Shown: one piece after another, positions 1-9,313 of the stretch
Layout: each line of letters starts with the position of its first letter
Position numbering within the stretch: position 1 is the first letter of the stretch
Assembly: GCA_045863195.1 (NCBI GenBank)
Contig: BTUI01000010.1
Coordinates: 15,851 to 79,850 of the forward strand
From: Chloroflexota bacterium
GTDB taxonomy: Bacteria > Chloroflexota > Dehalococcoidia > UBA2979
DNA: 64,000 nucleotides
Reading direction: 5' to 3'
Program-made: the position numbers and the translations under genes
Notes under the pieces: model-generated
Told to the model about the DNA's origin: nothing
What the model saw: only the letters and a program-made list of their open reading frames with translations
The model's database searches: none

Positions 1-335
1 CGCTGGACCCCGAACTCGCCGAGCAGGTGATGGCGGACCTGGTGCGCGTCGCCCGCGAGGCGGGCGTCGCCACGCTGATCAACATCCACGACGTCGAACT
101 CGCGACGCAGTTCTGCGACCGGATGGTCGCGATCGCGCAGGGGACCGTGGTCTACGACGGCCCCGCCTCCGGCCTGACGGACGAGGTCCTCAACCGCACG
201 TATCGCTTCGACCGGTCGCCGAAGGTCTACGGCCGCACGGTCATGCGCGAGGCCGTCGCCGCGGCGTCCCGGCTCGACGAGGAGGCCGAGCGGCTCCTCC
301 GCGAAGTCGACCGCAAGGTGGGGAGCAACGTCTAA
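1..335 (+). CDS. phnC: Phosphonate ABC transporter ATPase, 5'-truncated by the window edge
   Basis: Reads ..LDPELAEQVMADL..LINIHDVELATQFCDRMV (D-loop tail, H-loop). TAATG overlap with phnE. Confidence 0.85.
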   Translation, partial: LDPELAEQVMADLVRVAREAGVATLINIHDVELATQFCDRMVAIAQGTVVYDGPASGLTDEVLNRTYRFDRSPKVYGRTVMREAVAAASRLDEEAERLLREVDRKVGSNV

Positions 336-1252
336 TGGCAGCATCCGGCACGACCCGCCCCGTCTCCACCACCCCCGAGGTTGATACCTCCGACCTGCTC
401 CGCATCTGGCCGAAGGTCACGGGCGGCGCGATTGGCCTCGGTGTCGCACTCATCCTCGTCTACCTGTGGGGGATCGCCGACACCAACGCGTCCCCGGGCA
501 CGCTGGTCGGCGGCCTGCCGAACATCTGGAACTTCGTGGTGCGGATGTTCCCGCCGGCGTTTGAGACGCGGCAGGAGCCGCTCATGACGCCGTACGTCGA
601 CCTCGTCGTCTTCTCGATCCCGCGCGTGGGGTTCGAGTCGATCACCTACCCGATGCCGACGATCGTCTTCGCCATCATCGAGACGGTGCAGATGGCGGTC
701 ATCGGCACCACGATCGCGATCTTCCTCTCGATCCCGTTCGCGCTGCTGGCGGCGCGCAATATCGCGCCGCACCCGCTGGTCTACCAGGCGGCGCGCATGG
801 TGCTGAACTGGAACCGCGCCATCCCGGACCTGATCTTCGCGCTCATTTTCGTCGCCGCGGTCGGCCTCGGCCCCTTCGGCGGCGTGCTCGCGCTGGGCAT
901 CGGCTCCATCGGCTTCATGGGCAAGGTGTACGCCGAGGCGATCGAGGCGATCGACCCGCAGCAGGTGAAGGCGATCCAGGCGACCGGCGCGAACCGGGTG
1001 CAGACGATCTTCTACTCCGTCTTCCCGCAGGCGATGCCGATGGTGACGTCCTACTCGCTGCTGCTGTTCGAATCGAACGTGCGATCCGCGACGATCCTCG
1101 GACTGGTCGGCGCCGGCGGCGTGGGCTTCACGATCACGAAGTACATGTCGCTCTTTCAGTACGACCGGCTGCTGGGCGCGCTCATCTTCATCATCCTGAT
1201 GGTCACCATCGTCGACCGCTTCAGCGCCTGGCTGCGCGGGAAGCTCATCTAA
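335..1252 (+). CDS. phnE: Phosphonate ABC permease
   Basis: RAIPDLIFALIFV..GLGPFGG, GKVYAEAIEAID, FESNVRSATILGLVGAGG signatures. Confidence 0.93.
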   Translation: MAASGTTRPVSTTPEVDTSDLLRIWPKVTGGAIGLGVALILVYLWGIADTNASPGTLVGGLPNIWNFVVRMFPPAFETRQEPLMTPYVDLVVFSIPRVGFESITYPMPTIVFAIIETVQMAVIGTTIAIFLSIPFALLAARNIAPHPLVYQAARMVLNWNRAIPDLIFALIFVAAVGLGPFGGVLALGIGSIGFMGKVYAEAIEAIDPQQVKAIQATGANRVQTIFYSVFPQAMPMVTSYSLLLFESNVRSATILGLVGAGGVGFTITKYMSLFQYDRLLGALIFIILMVTIVDRFSAWLRGKLI

Positions 1253-1265
1253 CACTCGAAACCTC

Positions 1266-1296
1266 GCGGGCCCTCGCTCCCCAGACGAGGGCCCGC
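1266..1296 (+). promoter_or_regulatory. Intercistronic stem-loop between phnE and phnD
   Basis: GCGGGCCCTCG-N9-CGAGGGCCCGC, perfect 11-bp inverted repeat, no U-tract. Confidence 0.55.
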
Positions 1297-1346
1297 TGGT
1301 GATGCCAGAGGGAATACGGGACAACGAAGTTCCATAGGAGTACGGC

Positions 1347-2450
1347 ATGAACTTGACCTGGCGCGGGCCACTGCTGGCGGTAGCCGGCGGCGCGGCTCTG
1401 ATCCTGGGCGCGGCGTGTGGGTCCGACTCGGAGACCACCACCGCGACCCCGTCCACCGGATCGCCCGCGGCGTCCGCCGCGACGGCGGCTCCGACCGAGG
1501 ACCCGAAGGCGGGCTGGCCGGAGGAGATCCGACTCGGCTTCTTCGGCGGCGACGACGCCGAGGAGGTCCTGGAGCGCGTTGAGCCGATGCGCGTGTACCT
1601 GGAGGAGACGCTGGGCCGACCGGTGACGATCTTCACCGGCACGTCCTACGGCGCGGTCATCGAGGCGATGCGCGCGAAGCGCGTCGAGGGCATGCTCGTG
1701 GGCCCGTTCGCGTACGTCCTCGCGGTGCAGGAGGCCGGCGCGGAAGCGCTCGCCGTCAGCATCTCCTGCTCCTCCAGCGAGGACCCCTGCAAGGTGGTCG
1801 AGAACCGACAGCCGCACTACTTCAGCGTCGTCATGGCGAAGAAGGGCAGCGGTATCGAGTCAATCGATGACCTCCGCGGCAAGGACTTCGCCTTCGTTGA
1901 CCCCGCGTCGACGTCCGGTCACCTGGCGCCGAAGACGCTGATCATCAAGAACGGCGTGGATCCGGACGTTGACATGAAGACGGTCTTCGCGGGCAGTCAC
2001 CCCACCGCCGTCCTCGCCCTCGAGAACGACAACGTCGTCGCGGCCGCGACGCACGAGAACAACCTGCTCAACCTGATCAAGGAAGGCCAGGTCAACGGCT
2101 GCTTCTACGCGGACGGCATCGCCAACCGTGGGACGCCGCGCACGCCGGAGGAGATCAAGCAGACGGCCGACGCCTGCGAGGACGGCAAGATCGTCATCAT
2201 CGCGCAGTCCGACCCGATCCCGAACACGCCGTTCGCGGTGCGGAGCGACCTCCCCGACACGCTGAAGCAGGCGATGAAGGACGCGCTGCTGGCGATCAAG
2301 GATGACCCGGAGGCGGTCGCCCTGGACCGTCGCTGGTTCGTCGACCCGACCGAGCAGCTCGGTCTGCAGTCCCTGGACCAGTACTACAACTCGCTCCGCG
2401 ACATCGCGAAGCTGCTTGACCTGGACCTGAAGGAACTGGCCGAGAGCTAG
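1347..2450 (+). CDS. phnD: Phosphonate ABC substrate-binding lipoprotein
   Basis: Lipobox (GAAC), YGAVIEAMR, GPFAYV, FVDPASTSGHLAP, FAGSH motifs. GGAG RBS. Confidence 0.9.
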   Translation: MNLTWRGPLLAVAGGAALILGAACGSDSETTTATPSTGSPAASAATAAPTEDPKAGWPEEIRLGFFGGDDAEEVLERVEPMRVYLEETLGRPVTIFTGTSYGAVIEAMRAKRVEGMLVGPFAYVLAVQEAGAEALAVSISCSSSEDPCKVVENRQPHYFSVVMAKKGSGIESIDDLRGKDFAFVDPASTSGHLAPKTLIIKNGVDPDVDMKTVFAGSHPTAVLALENDNVVAAATHENNLLNLIKEGQVNGCFYADGIANRGTPRTPEEIKQTADACEDGKIVIIAQSDPIPNTPFAVRSDLPDTLKQAMKDALLAIKDDPEAVALDRRWFVDPTEQLGLQSLDQYYNSLRDIAKLLDLDLKELAES

Positions 2451-2506
2451 CCCCATCCAGTCCCGAACGGCGAGCCACCCCTCCGTAATCGGCCGCCAAC
2501 GGATCA

Positions 2507-2539
2507 GGAACGGCCCGGCGTCCCCCGCCGGGCCGTTCC
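2507..2539 (+). terminator. Hairpin after phnD (terminator or mRNA stabiliser)
   Basis: GGAACGGCCCGGCG-TCCCC-CGCCGGGCCGTTCC, perfect 14-bp stem. Confidence 0.65.
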
Positions 2540-2694
2540 GCGTCTTCCGTCATGCGCGCATCCGGTGATCGATTTCGACGCTCTTGAACTGCCCGTAACG
2601 CAGCCCTAATCGCCCCGGATCGTCTCGCGCCTAGCGTGATCGCTGGACACACGGAAGGCGCGTTTCACGCGCCGCCACCCCACGGGGAGCATGT

Positions 2695-3114
2695 ATGGAA
2701 CGTGAGGCACGCCTCCAGGCGATCGCCTGCGCCGACCCGGAAGACCTGGTCGCGCTCGCGGACGACGTGCTGGAGACGCTGGATGTTGAGGTCACCCGCG
2801 GCCCGACCGTGGGCCTGCTGATGGTGCGCGTGGAGGAGCCGCTGGAGCGGCTGCCCTTCAACTTCGCGGAGGTCACCGTCTCGGAGGCGGAGGTCGCCGT
2901 TGGCGCCCACCGCGGCTACGCGATGGTCATGGGCAAGTCGCTGGAGCGCGCCCTGGCCGGCGCCGTCGTCGACGCGGCGGTCGAGGCCGGGCACACGCTC
3001 GCCCCGCGCATCGAGGCGTTCCTCGTCGAAGCGCAGCAGGCCGCCGACCAGTCGTGGGCCGACCGCTGGGCCGTCATCGCCCCCACCCGTGTGCGATTCG
3101 AGGACGTGACATGA
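2695..3114 (+). CDS. phnG: C-P lyase subunit PhnG
   Basis: PTVGLLMVR..FNFAEVTVSEAEV..GYAMVMG..AVVDA, C-terminal TRVRF. Confidence 0.9.
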   Translation: MEREARLQAIACADPEDLVALADDVLETLDVEVTRGPTVGLLMVRVEEPLERLPFNFAEVTVSEAEVAVGAHRGYAMVMGKSLERALAGAVVDAAVEAGHTLAPRIEAFLVEAQQAADQSWADRWAVIAPTRVRFEDVT

Positions 3115-3707
3115 GCACCGTGCCACCGATCAGCGTCACCGCGGACCTGGAGCAGCGCACCTTCCGCGCGCTCCTCTCTGCGATGTCGATGCCGGGGACG
3201 ATCGAGACCGTTGAAGCCCGCCGGGCCGAGGACGGCGAGTGGGGCGCCCCGATCGCCGTCGCGCAGTCGCTCCTCGACCACGAGGTGACGTTTCACGTCG
3301 CGGCGGCGCCCGGCCCGGAGGAGACGATTCTGCGGCGCACTGGCTCGCGCACCGCGCCGCTGGAGCGCGCCGGCTACGTCTTCGCGGACGCCGAGCACGC
3401 GCTCGCGGCCGTGGAGCGCTCTGTCGAGGGGCCGCTGGAGGAGCCGGAGCGCTCCGCCACCGTCGTGATCCTCTGCGAGACGGTGGGCGAAGGCGCGCTC
3501 ACGCTCACGCTCTCCGGCCCGGGCGTGGACGGCGAGACCACGCTCCGGGTCGGTGGGCTGGACCCGCGCGTGATCCGCGCGCGGACGGAGCGCAACTGGC
3601 CGTTCCCCACCGGCATCGACCTTGTCCTTGTTGACCCGACGGGACGCCTCGCGGCGCTCCCGCGCAGCACCACGGCCACGCTGGCCGTCTCCCAGGAGGT
3701 GTCGTAA
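3111..3707 (+). CDS. phnH: C-P lyase subunit PhnH
   Basis: QRTFRALLSAMSMPG, LLDHEV, PERSATV, LSGPGV, FPTGID, ALPRST. ATGA coupling to phnG. Confidence 0.92.
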   Translation: MSTVPPISVTADLEQRTFRALLSAMSMPGTIETVEARRAEDGEWGAPIAVAQSLLDHEVTFHVAAAPGPEETILRRTGSRTAPLERAGYVFADAEHALAAVERSVEGPLEEPERSATVVILCETVGEGALTLTLSGPGVDGETTLRVGGLDPRVIRARTERNWPFPTGIDLVLVDPTGRLAALPRSTTATLAVSQEVS

Positions 3708-4789
3708 TGGGGTACTCCTCCGTCCGCGGTGGGCTCGACGCGATCGAGCACGCGGAGCGGCTGATCCAGGACCAGGTCACACAGGGTGACCACACGCTGA
3801 GCGTGGAGCAGGTCGCCGACCACCTTCAGCTGATTACCGACCAGGTGATGGGCGAAGGCGGCGTCTATGACGTGGGCCTGGGTTCGCTCGCCGTGAAGCA
3901 GGCCGAGGGCGACCCGATCGAAGCGGCGTTCCTGTTGCGCGCGTACCGCACCACGCTGCCGCGCCTCGGCTACTCGCTCGCCTCCACCGGGCGGGAATTG
4001 CGCATCACGCGCCGCATCTCCTCCGCGTTCCGGGACATCCCGGGCGGCCAGGTGCTGGGGCGGACGCGCGACTACACGCAGCGCCTGATGGACTTCGCGC
4101 TCCTCGATGGCGTCGCCCCGGAGCCGGCGCAGCCGGCCACCGGCGAGCCCGCGCCGGATGACGACGAGTTCCCGCTCGTCATCGACTTCCTGCGCGCGCA
4201 GGAGTTGATGCCGCAGGCGCCGGAGCGCCCGGACATCGAGCCGTTCGACGTGACGCGCGAGCCGCTGCGCTTCCCCGCCACGCGCTCGGCGCGCCTCCAG
4301 GGGCTCGCTCGGGCGGAGACGGGTGCGCTGCTGTCGCTCGCGTACGCCGGCATGCGGGGCTACGGCGGCGACCACGGCTACATCGCGGAACTGCGGCAGG
4401 GCGAACTGCCGGTGAAGATCTCGCACCCGGTGACCGGGCGCGCTGTGACCATCGGCTGGGTGCCGGTGACGGAGTGCTACCAGCTGGTCGGCGGGCAGGC
4501 CTCGAAGTCGAAGGAGCAGCCGGACTACACGATGGGCTACGGCATGGTGATCGGGCGCAACGAGCGCAAGGCGATCTCCATGAGCATCATCGACGCCTCC
4601 CTGAAGAAGGAGGTGAAGTCCGGCAACGTCATCGAGGATGAGGAGTACGTCCTCTACCACTGCGACGCCATCGAATCGATGGGCTTCGTGGAGCACCTCA
4701 AGCTCCCGCACTACGTGGACTTCCAGGCCTCCCTGGTGCGCACGAGCAAGGTGCGCGAACTCGTGAAGGCGGCCCGCACCAATGCCTAG
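3707..4789 (+). CDS. phnI: C-P lyase subunit PhnI
   Basis: EAAFLLRAYRTTLPR, RRISSAFRDIPGGQVLG, GFVEHLKLPHYVDFQ (Zn-binding His pair intact). Confidence 0.95.
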   Translation: MGYSSVRGGLDAIEHAERLIQDQVTQGDHTLSVEQVADHLQLITDQVMGEGGVYDVGLGSLAVKQAEGDPIEAAFLLRAYRTTLPRLGYSLASTGRELRITRRISSAFRDIPGGQVLGRTRDYTQRLMDFALLDGVAPEPAQPATGEPAPDDDEFPLVIDFLRAQELMPQAPERPDIEPFDVTREPLRFPATRSARLQGLARAETGALLSLAYAGMRGYGGDHGYIAELRQGELPVKISHPVTGRAVTIGWVPVTECYQLVGGQASKSKEQPDYTMGYGMVIGRNERKAISMSIIDASLKKEVKSGNVIEDEEYVLYHCDAIESMGFVEHLKLPHYVDFQASLVRTSKVRELVKAARTNA

Positions 4790-5678
4790 CGTCACCACAC
4801 TCCTGGAGGAGCGCGGCACCGCGTTCGCCGGCTACTCCTTCGCATTCCTCGATGACATGGCGAAGCGGGAGATCCGCCGCGCCATCCTGAAGGGTGTCGC
4901 CATCCCCGGTCACCAGGTGCCCTTCGGTTCGCGCGAGATGCCGATCGCGCGCGGCTGGGGCACGGGCGGTCTGCAGATCACGCTCGCGCTCGTCGGTGGG
5001 CGGGACGTCATCAAGGTCATCGACCAGGGCGACGACGCCTCCGTGAACGCGGTCAACCTGCGCCGGCTGATCGCGAAGACGACCGGCGCCACGGAGACCC
5101 TCGACACGGCCGAGGCGACGCTGATCCAGACGCGCCACCGCATCCCCGAAGAGGTCATGCGCGAGGGCCAGGTCCTGATCCTGCAGGTGCCGATCCCGGA
5201 GCCGCTGCGCATGGTGGAGCGCTCCGTCGCGAACGCGCGCGCGATGCACGCGGAGATGGACTACTCCCGCATGTGGCTCGCCCTGTACGAGGACATCGTG
5301 CGGCGCGGCGAGGTGAGCGCCGGCGCGGGGTACCCCGTGCTGGTGAACGGCCGCTTCGTGATGGCGCCGAGCCCGATCCCGCGCTGGGACATCCCCAAGC
5401 TGGACGACGCCCGCTGCCTCTTCCTCTTCGGCGCCGGCCGGGAGAAGCGCATCTACGCGGTGCCGCCGTTCACGAAGGTGCAGCCGCTCGAGTTCGACGA
5501 CTACCCGTTCGACACCGAGCACTTCGACGGCCTTGCCTGCGCGCTGTCCGGCGCGACCAACGCCTACATGGTGCAGTCGCCCACGGAGGACGGCGGGACG
5601 CGCTGGACCGCCTCCGACACGAACTACGCGGACAAGGTGAAGGCCGGCATGGAGGTGGACACCCAGTGGAAGCGCTAA
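4782..5678 (+). CDS. phnJ: PhnJ homologue lacking the radical-SAM Cys motif
   Basis: AIPGHQVPFGSREMP, GWGTGG, KVIDQG, IQTRHRIPE, FGAGREKRIYAVPP. C-terminus reads CALSG..TASDTNYA in place of CxxC..CSDTDYC. Confidence 0.93.
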   Translation: MPSVTTLLEERGTAFAGYSFAFLDDMAKREIRRAILKGVAIPGHQVPFGSREMPIARGWGTGGLQITLALVGGRDVIKVIDQGDDASVNAVNLRRLIAKTTGATETLDTAEATLIQTRHRIPEEVMREGQVLILQVPIPEPLRMVERSVANARAMHAEMDYSRMWLALYEDIVRRGEVSAGAGYPVLVNGRFVMAPSPIPRWDIPKLDDARCLFLFGAGREKRIYAVPPFTKVQPLEFDDYPFDTEHFDGLACALSGATNAYMVQSPTEDGGTRWTASDTNYADKVKAGMEVDTQWKR

Positions 5679-6496
5679 CCGAGACGGGCCACCGCCCGGC
5701 TGACGCCGCCGCGGACGAGCCGCTGCTCCGCGTCCGCGGGCTCACGAAGATCTACCAGTCCGCGACCGGCAGCCGCATCGTCGCCTGCGAGGACGTGTCG
5801 TTCGACCTCTACCCCGGCGAGGTGCTGGGGATCGTCGGCGAGTCCGGCTCCGGCAAGAGCACGGTGCTCCAGTGCCTTTACCAGGACGTCGCCCCCACGT
5901 CCGGCGAGGCGTACCTCGCCTCGTTCGAGGGGGGCACGCGGAACCTGTGGGAGGCCGACCGGCGTGAGCGCCGGCACATCCGCACGCACGACATGTCGAT
6001 GGTCTACCAGAACCCGCGCCAGGGGCTGAACCTGATGGTGACGGCGGGCGGAAACATCGCTGAGCGGCTGCTGGCCGCGGAGTGGCGAAAGGTCGCCGAC
6101 ATCCGCGCGAAGGCCAGCGACTACCTGAGCCGCACGGAGGTGCCGCTGGACCGGATGGACGACTTCCCGGCGTTCTTCTCGGGCGGCATGCAGCAGCGCG
6201 TCCAGATCGCGAAGGCGCTGGCGAACAACCCGGCGCTGGTGCTGCTGGACGAACTCACCACCGGCCTGGACGTCTCCGTGCAGGCGGGCGTGCTTGACCT
6301 CGTGCGGGACATCCAGCACCGCCTGGGCATGACGGCGATCGTCGTCTCGCACGACCTCGGCGTGATCCGGCTGCTCGCCGACCGCACGCTCGTCATGAAG
6401 GACGGGCATGTGGTGGAGGCCGGGCTGACCGACCAGATCCTCGAGGACCCGCAGCACCCGTACACGCAGCTGCTCGTCAACTGCGTCACCCACTAG
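5666..6496 (+). CDS. phnK: C-P lyase ABC-type ATPase PhnK
   Basis: GTG start after GGAGG (5651). GESGSGKS, TAGGNIAERL, FSGGMQQRVQIA, EAGLTDQILEDPQHPYTQLLV. Confidence 0.93.
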   Translation: MEALTETGHRPADAAADEPLLRVRGLTKIYQSATGSRIVACEDVSFDLYPGEVLGIVGESGSGKSTVLQCLYQDVAPTSGEAYLASFEGGTRNLWEADRRERRHIRTHDMSMVYQNPRQGLNLMVTAGGNIAERLLAAEWRKVADIRAKASDYLSRTEVPLDRMDDFPAFFSGGMQQRVQIAKALANNPALVLLDELTTGLDVSVQAGVLDLVRDIQHRLGMTAIVVSHDLGVIRLLADRTLVMKDGHVVEAGLTDQILEDPQHPYTQLLVNCVTH

Positions 6497-6519
6497 CCGA
6501 AGAAGAGGAGGTCGAGCGC

Positions 6520-7287
6520 GTGACCGATCCGCTGCTCTCCGTCCGTGACATCAGCAAGCAGATCACCCTGCACATCCTGGACGGGAAGACCGTCTCGCCG
6601 TTGCGCGGCGTGTCGTTTGACCTGGACCCGGGCGAGTTCCTCGGGATCGTCGGCCCGTCCGGCGCGGGGAAGTCGTCGCTCATCAAGTGCCTGAACCGCA
6701 CCTACCTGGCGGACGGCGGCACCGCGCACTACCGCACGGCGGGTGGCGAGGTCGTCGACCTCCTCCACACGGACGAGCGGACCATGATCCGCCTCCGCCG
6801 CACGGAGATTCACTACGTCTCGCAGTTCCTGAAGGCGCCGCCGCGCGTGGCGGCGCTGGACGTGGTCGCCTCCGTGATCGTGAATCGCGGCGGCGAGCCG
6901 GCCGAGGCGCGGCGGCGTGCCGCCGAGACGCTCTCGATGCTCGGCATCGGGCCGGAGTTGCAGTCCTCGTACCCCTCGCTGTTCTCGGGCGGCGAGCAAC
7001 AGCGCGTGAACGTGGCGCGGGCGCTGGTGGACCCGCCGCGGCTGCTGCTGCTGGACGAGCCGACCTCCGCGCTGGACTCGGAGAACCGGGCGCGGGTGCT
7101 GGAGATTGTGCGCCAGGCGCAGGCGAACGGCACCGCGATGATCGGCATCTTCCACGACATCGAGATGCTCCGCGCGCTCGCCGACCACGTGATCGTCCTG
7201 GAGGACGGCCGGGTCGCGCAGTACGGCTCGATCCACGAGGTCGAGATTCCGAACTACATCGAGGCGGCCGCGGCCGAGTTCGTCTAA
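6520..7287 (+). CDS. phnL: C-P lyase ATPase PhnL
   Basis: GPSGAGKS, YVSQFL..PR, FSGGEQQRVNVAR, GIFHD. Confidence 0.93.
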   Translation: MTDPLLSVRDISKQITLHILDGKTVSPLRGVSFDLDPGEFLGIVGPSGAGKSSLIKCLNRTYLADGGTAHYRTAGGEVVDLLHTDERTMIRLRRTEIHYVSQFLKAPPRVAALDVVASVIVNRGGEPAEARRRAAETLSMLGIGPELQSSYPSLFSGGEQQRVNVARALVDPPRLLLLDEPTSALDSENRARVLEIVRQAQANGTAMIGIFHDIEMLRALADHVIVLEDGRVAQYGSIHEVEIPNYIEAAAAEFV

Positions 7288-7308
7288 GCCCTCGGGAGAA
7301 GGACTTCC

Positions 7309-8511
7309 ATGACCGTAGCCATCACCCACGCCAACATCGTCCTCGGCGACCACGTGCTGGAGGACGCGAACCTGGTGATCGAGGACGGCCGCATCGCCAC
7401 CTTCGGCCCGTGCCACGAGGTGGCCGTGCCGGACGGGGCGACGGTGCTCGATGCCGACCATGGCATGTACCTGATGCCCGGCATCATCGACACGCACAAC
7501 GACGGCCTGGAGAACGAGATCAACCCGCGTCCGCGGGCGGCGCTCCCGCCCTCGTTCGCGCTTCACAACTACGAGCGCCGCGCGCTGGCCGCCGGCGTCA
7601 CGACCTCCTTCCACGCGATCACGTTCGCGAACATGCTCCGCAGCGAGCGGACGATCGCCGACGCCGCGGCGCGCACCGAGATCATCCGCGCGGGGCGCGC
7701 CGGCGCCTCCATGGACCACCAGGTGCTGCACCGGCTGGACGTCTGGACGCCGGAGGGCGTCACGCCGCTCCTCGACTCGATGCGCCTGTGCGACGTGCAG
7801 GCGATGTCGCTGAACGACCACACCCCGGGCCAGGGCCAGTACCGCAACCTGGAGGCGTTCAAGAAGACGCTGGAGGCGTACCGCGCGGACGACCCCTCGT
7901 TCGACGCGCAGGCCGAGATCGACCGGCGCATCGCCGAGCGCCGTGACGACACCACCACGCTGACGGGCGTGTACGACCGCGTGACGCAGGCCTACGCGGA
8001 GGCGCCCTTCGTCATCGCCTCGCACGATGACGACTCGCCCGAGAAGGTGGACGTCATGCACAGCCTGGGCGCGACGGTCGCCGAGTTCCCCATCACGAAC
8101 GAGGCGGCGGCGCGGGCGCGCGAACTGGGGATGTGGATCACCGTCGGCGCGCCGAACATCGTGCGTGGCGGCTCGACCAGCGGGAACTCGGACGCGGCGG
8201 AACTGGTGGGGCTGGGTCTCGCCGACATCATCTGCGCCGACTACCACTCGCCGTCCATGCTGCTCTCGATCTTTCGCCTGGTGGACCGTGGACTCGCGAC
8301 GCTGCCGCAGGCGGTGAAGATGGTGACGGCGAACCCGGCCGCGGCCTTCGGGCTACTCGACCGAGGGCGCATCGAGGTGGGCCTCAGCGCGGACCTCGCG
8401 CTGGTGCAGCTGGTGGACGGGCACCCCGTGGTGCAGGCTGTGACCTACCGCGGCCGCCCGGTGTACGCGAACGCGAACAGCCTGCCGCGCCCGAAGGTAC
8501 TGACGGCGTGA
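7309..8511 (+). CDS. phnM: Ribose-1-methylphosphonate 5-triphosphate diphosphatase
   Basis: PGIIDTHND, DHTPGQGQYR, ASHDDD, AEFP, GAPNIVRGGS. Confidence 0.93.
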   Translation: MTVAITHANIVLGDHVLEDANLVIEDGRIATFGPCHEVAVPDGATVLDADHGMYLMPGIIDTHNDGLENEINPRPRAALPPSFALHNYERRALAAGVTTSFHAITFANMLRSERTIADAAARTEIIRAGRAGASMDHQVLHRLDVWTPEGVTPLLDSMRLCDVQAMSLNDHTPGQGQYRNLEAFKKTLEAYRADDPSFDAQAEIDRRIAERRDDTTTLTGVYDRVTQAYAEAPFVIASHDDDSPEKVDVMHSLGATVAEFPITNEAAARARELGMWITVGAPNIVRGGSTSGNSDAAELVGLGLADIICADYHSPSMLLSIFRLVDRGLATLPQAVKMVTANPAAAFGLLDRGRIEVGLSADLALVQLVDGHPVVQAVTYRGRPVYANANSLPRPKVLTA

Positions 8512-9302
8512 GGCTCACCGTCCTCGGTTCCTCCGCATCGCAGCCGGCCGCCGGCGACGCCTCCTCCGGCTACCTCGTGAGCGCCGGGGAGCAGGGCGCG
8601 CGGACGCATGTGCTGCTGGACTGCGGCAGCGGCGTGCTGGGCAACCTGCTCCAGCACGTCGCCCTACCGGAGTTGCGCGCGATCTTCGTCAGCCACATGC
8701 ACCCGGACCACTACATCGACCTCATCGCGATGCGGTACGGGCTGCGCTACGGCGAGCACGGCGCGCGCCCGGTGGACGTGTACCTGCCGCCGGGAGGCAT
8801 GCGCCAGTTGCAGGCGGTCTCCGAGGCGATCTCGAAGACACAGCCGTTCTTCACCGGCGCGCTCGACCTGCACGAGTACGTGCCGGGCGTCGCCGTCCCG
8901 GTGGGCGGGCTCTCGGTCACGCCGCAGGCCGTGGTCCACGGGATCCCCTCGCACGGCATGCGTGTGACGGACGGGCAGGCCACGCTCGCCTACTCCTCCG
9001 ACACGGTGATGTGCCCGGAGCTCGAGGTGCTGGCGAAGGACGCCGATGTGCTCCTGGCGGAGAACACGCTGGGTGGAGGCGCGCCAGACCACCACTATCC
9101 GCGCACGCACCTGTCGGCGGCGGAGGCTGGCGTCGTCGCGGGCCTGGGCGGCGTGGGGACGCTCGTCCTCACGCACTTCTGGCACACCGCGGACCGCGCT
9201 CGCGCCCAGCAGGAGGCCGCCGCCACGTTCACGGGCCGGGTGATCGTCGGGCGGCCGCACCTCCAGGTGGAGGTCGGCGCGCCGGCGGCCGTATCCCCGT
9301 AG
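8508..9302 (+). CDS. Metallo-beta-lactamase-fold hydrolase (RNase Z/PhnP-like)
   Basis: GTGA coupling to phnM. LLDCGSG, SHMHPDH, YSSDT, THL, LTHF. Confidence 0.8.
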   Translation: MRLTVLGSSASQPAAGDASSGYLVSAGEQGARTHVLLDCGSGVLGNLLQHVALPELRAIFVSHMHPDHYIDLIAMRYGLRYGEHGARPVDVYLPPGGMRQLQAVSEAISKTQPFFTGALDLHEYVPGVAVPVGGLSVTPQAVVHGIPSHGMRVTDGQATLAYSSDTVMCPELEVLAKDADVLLAENTLGGGAPDHHYPRTHLSAAEAGVVAGLGGVGTLVLTHFWHTADRARAQQEAAATFTGRVIVGRPHLQVEVGAPAAVSP

Positions 9303-9313
9303 CGCCTGCGCGC

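Noticed and set aside
5273-5665. Long N-terminal extension of PhnK
   Set aside because: It overlaps phnJ out of frame. A GGAGG plus GTG start exists at 5666.
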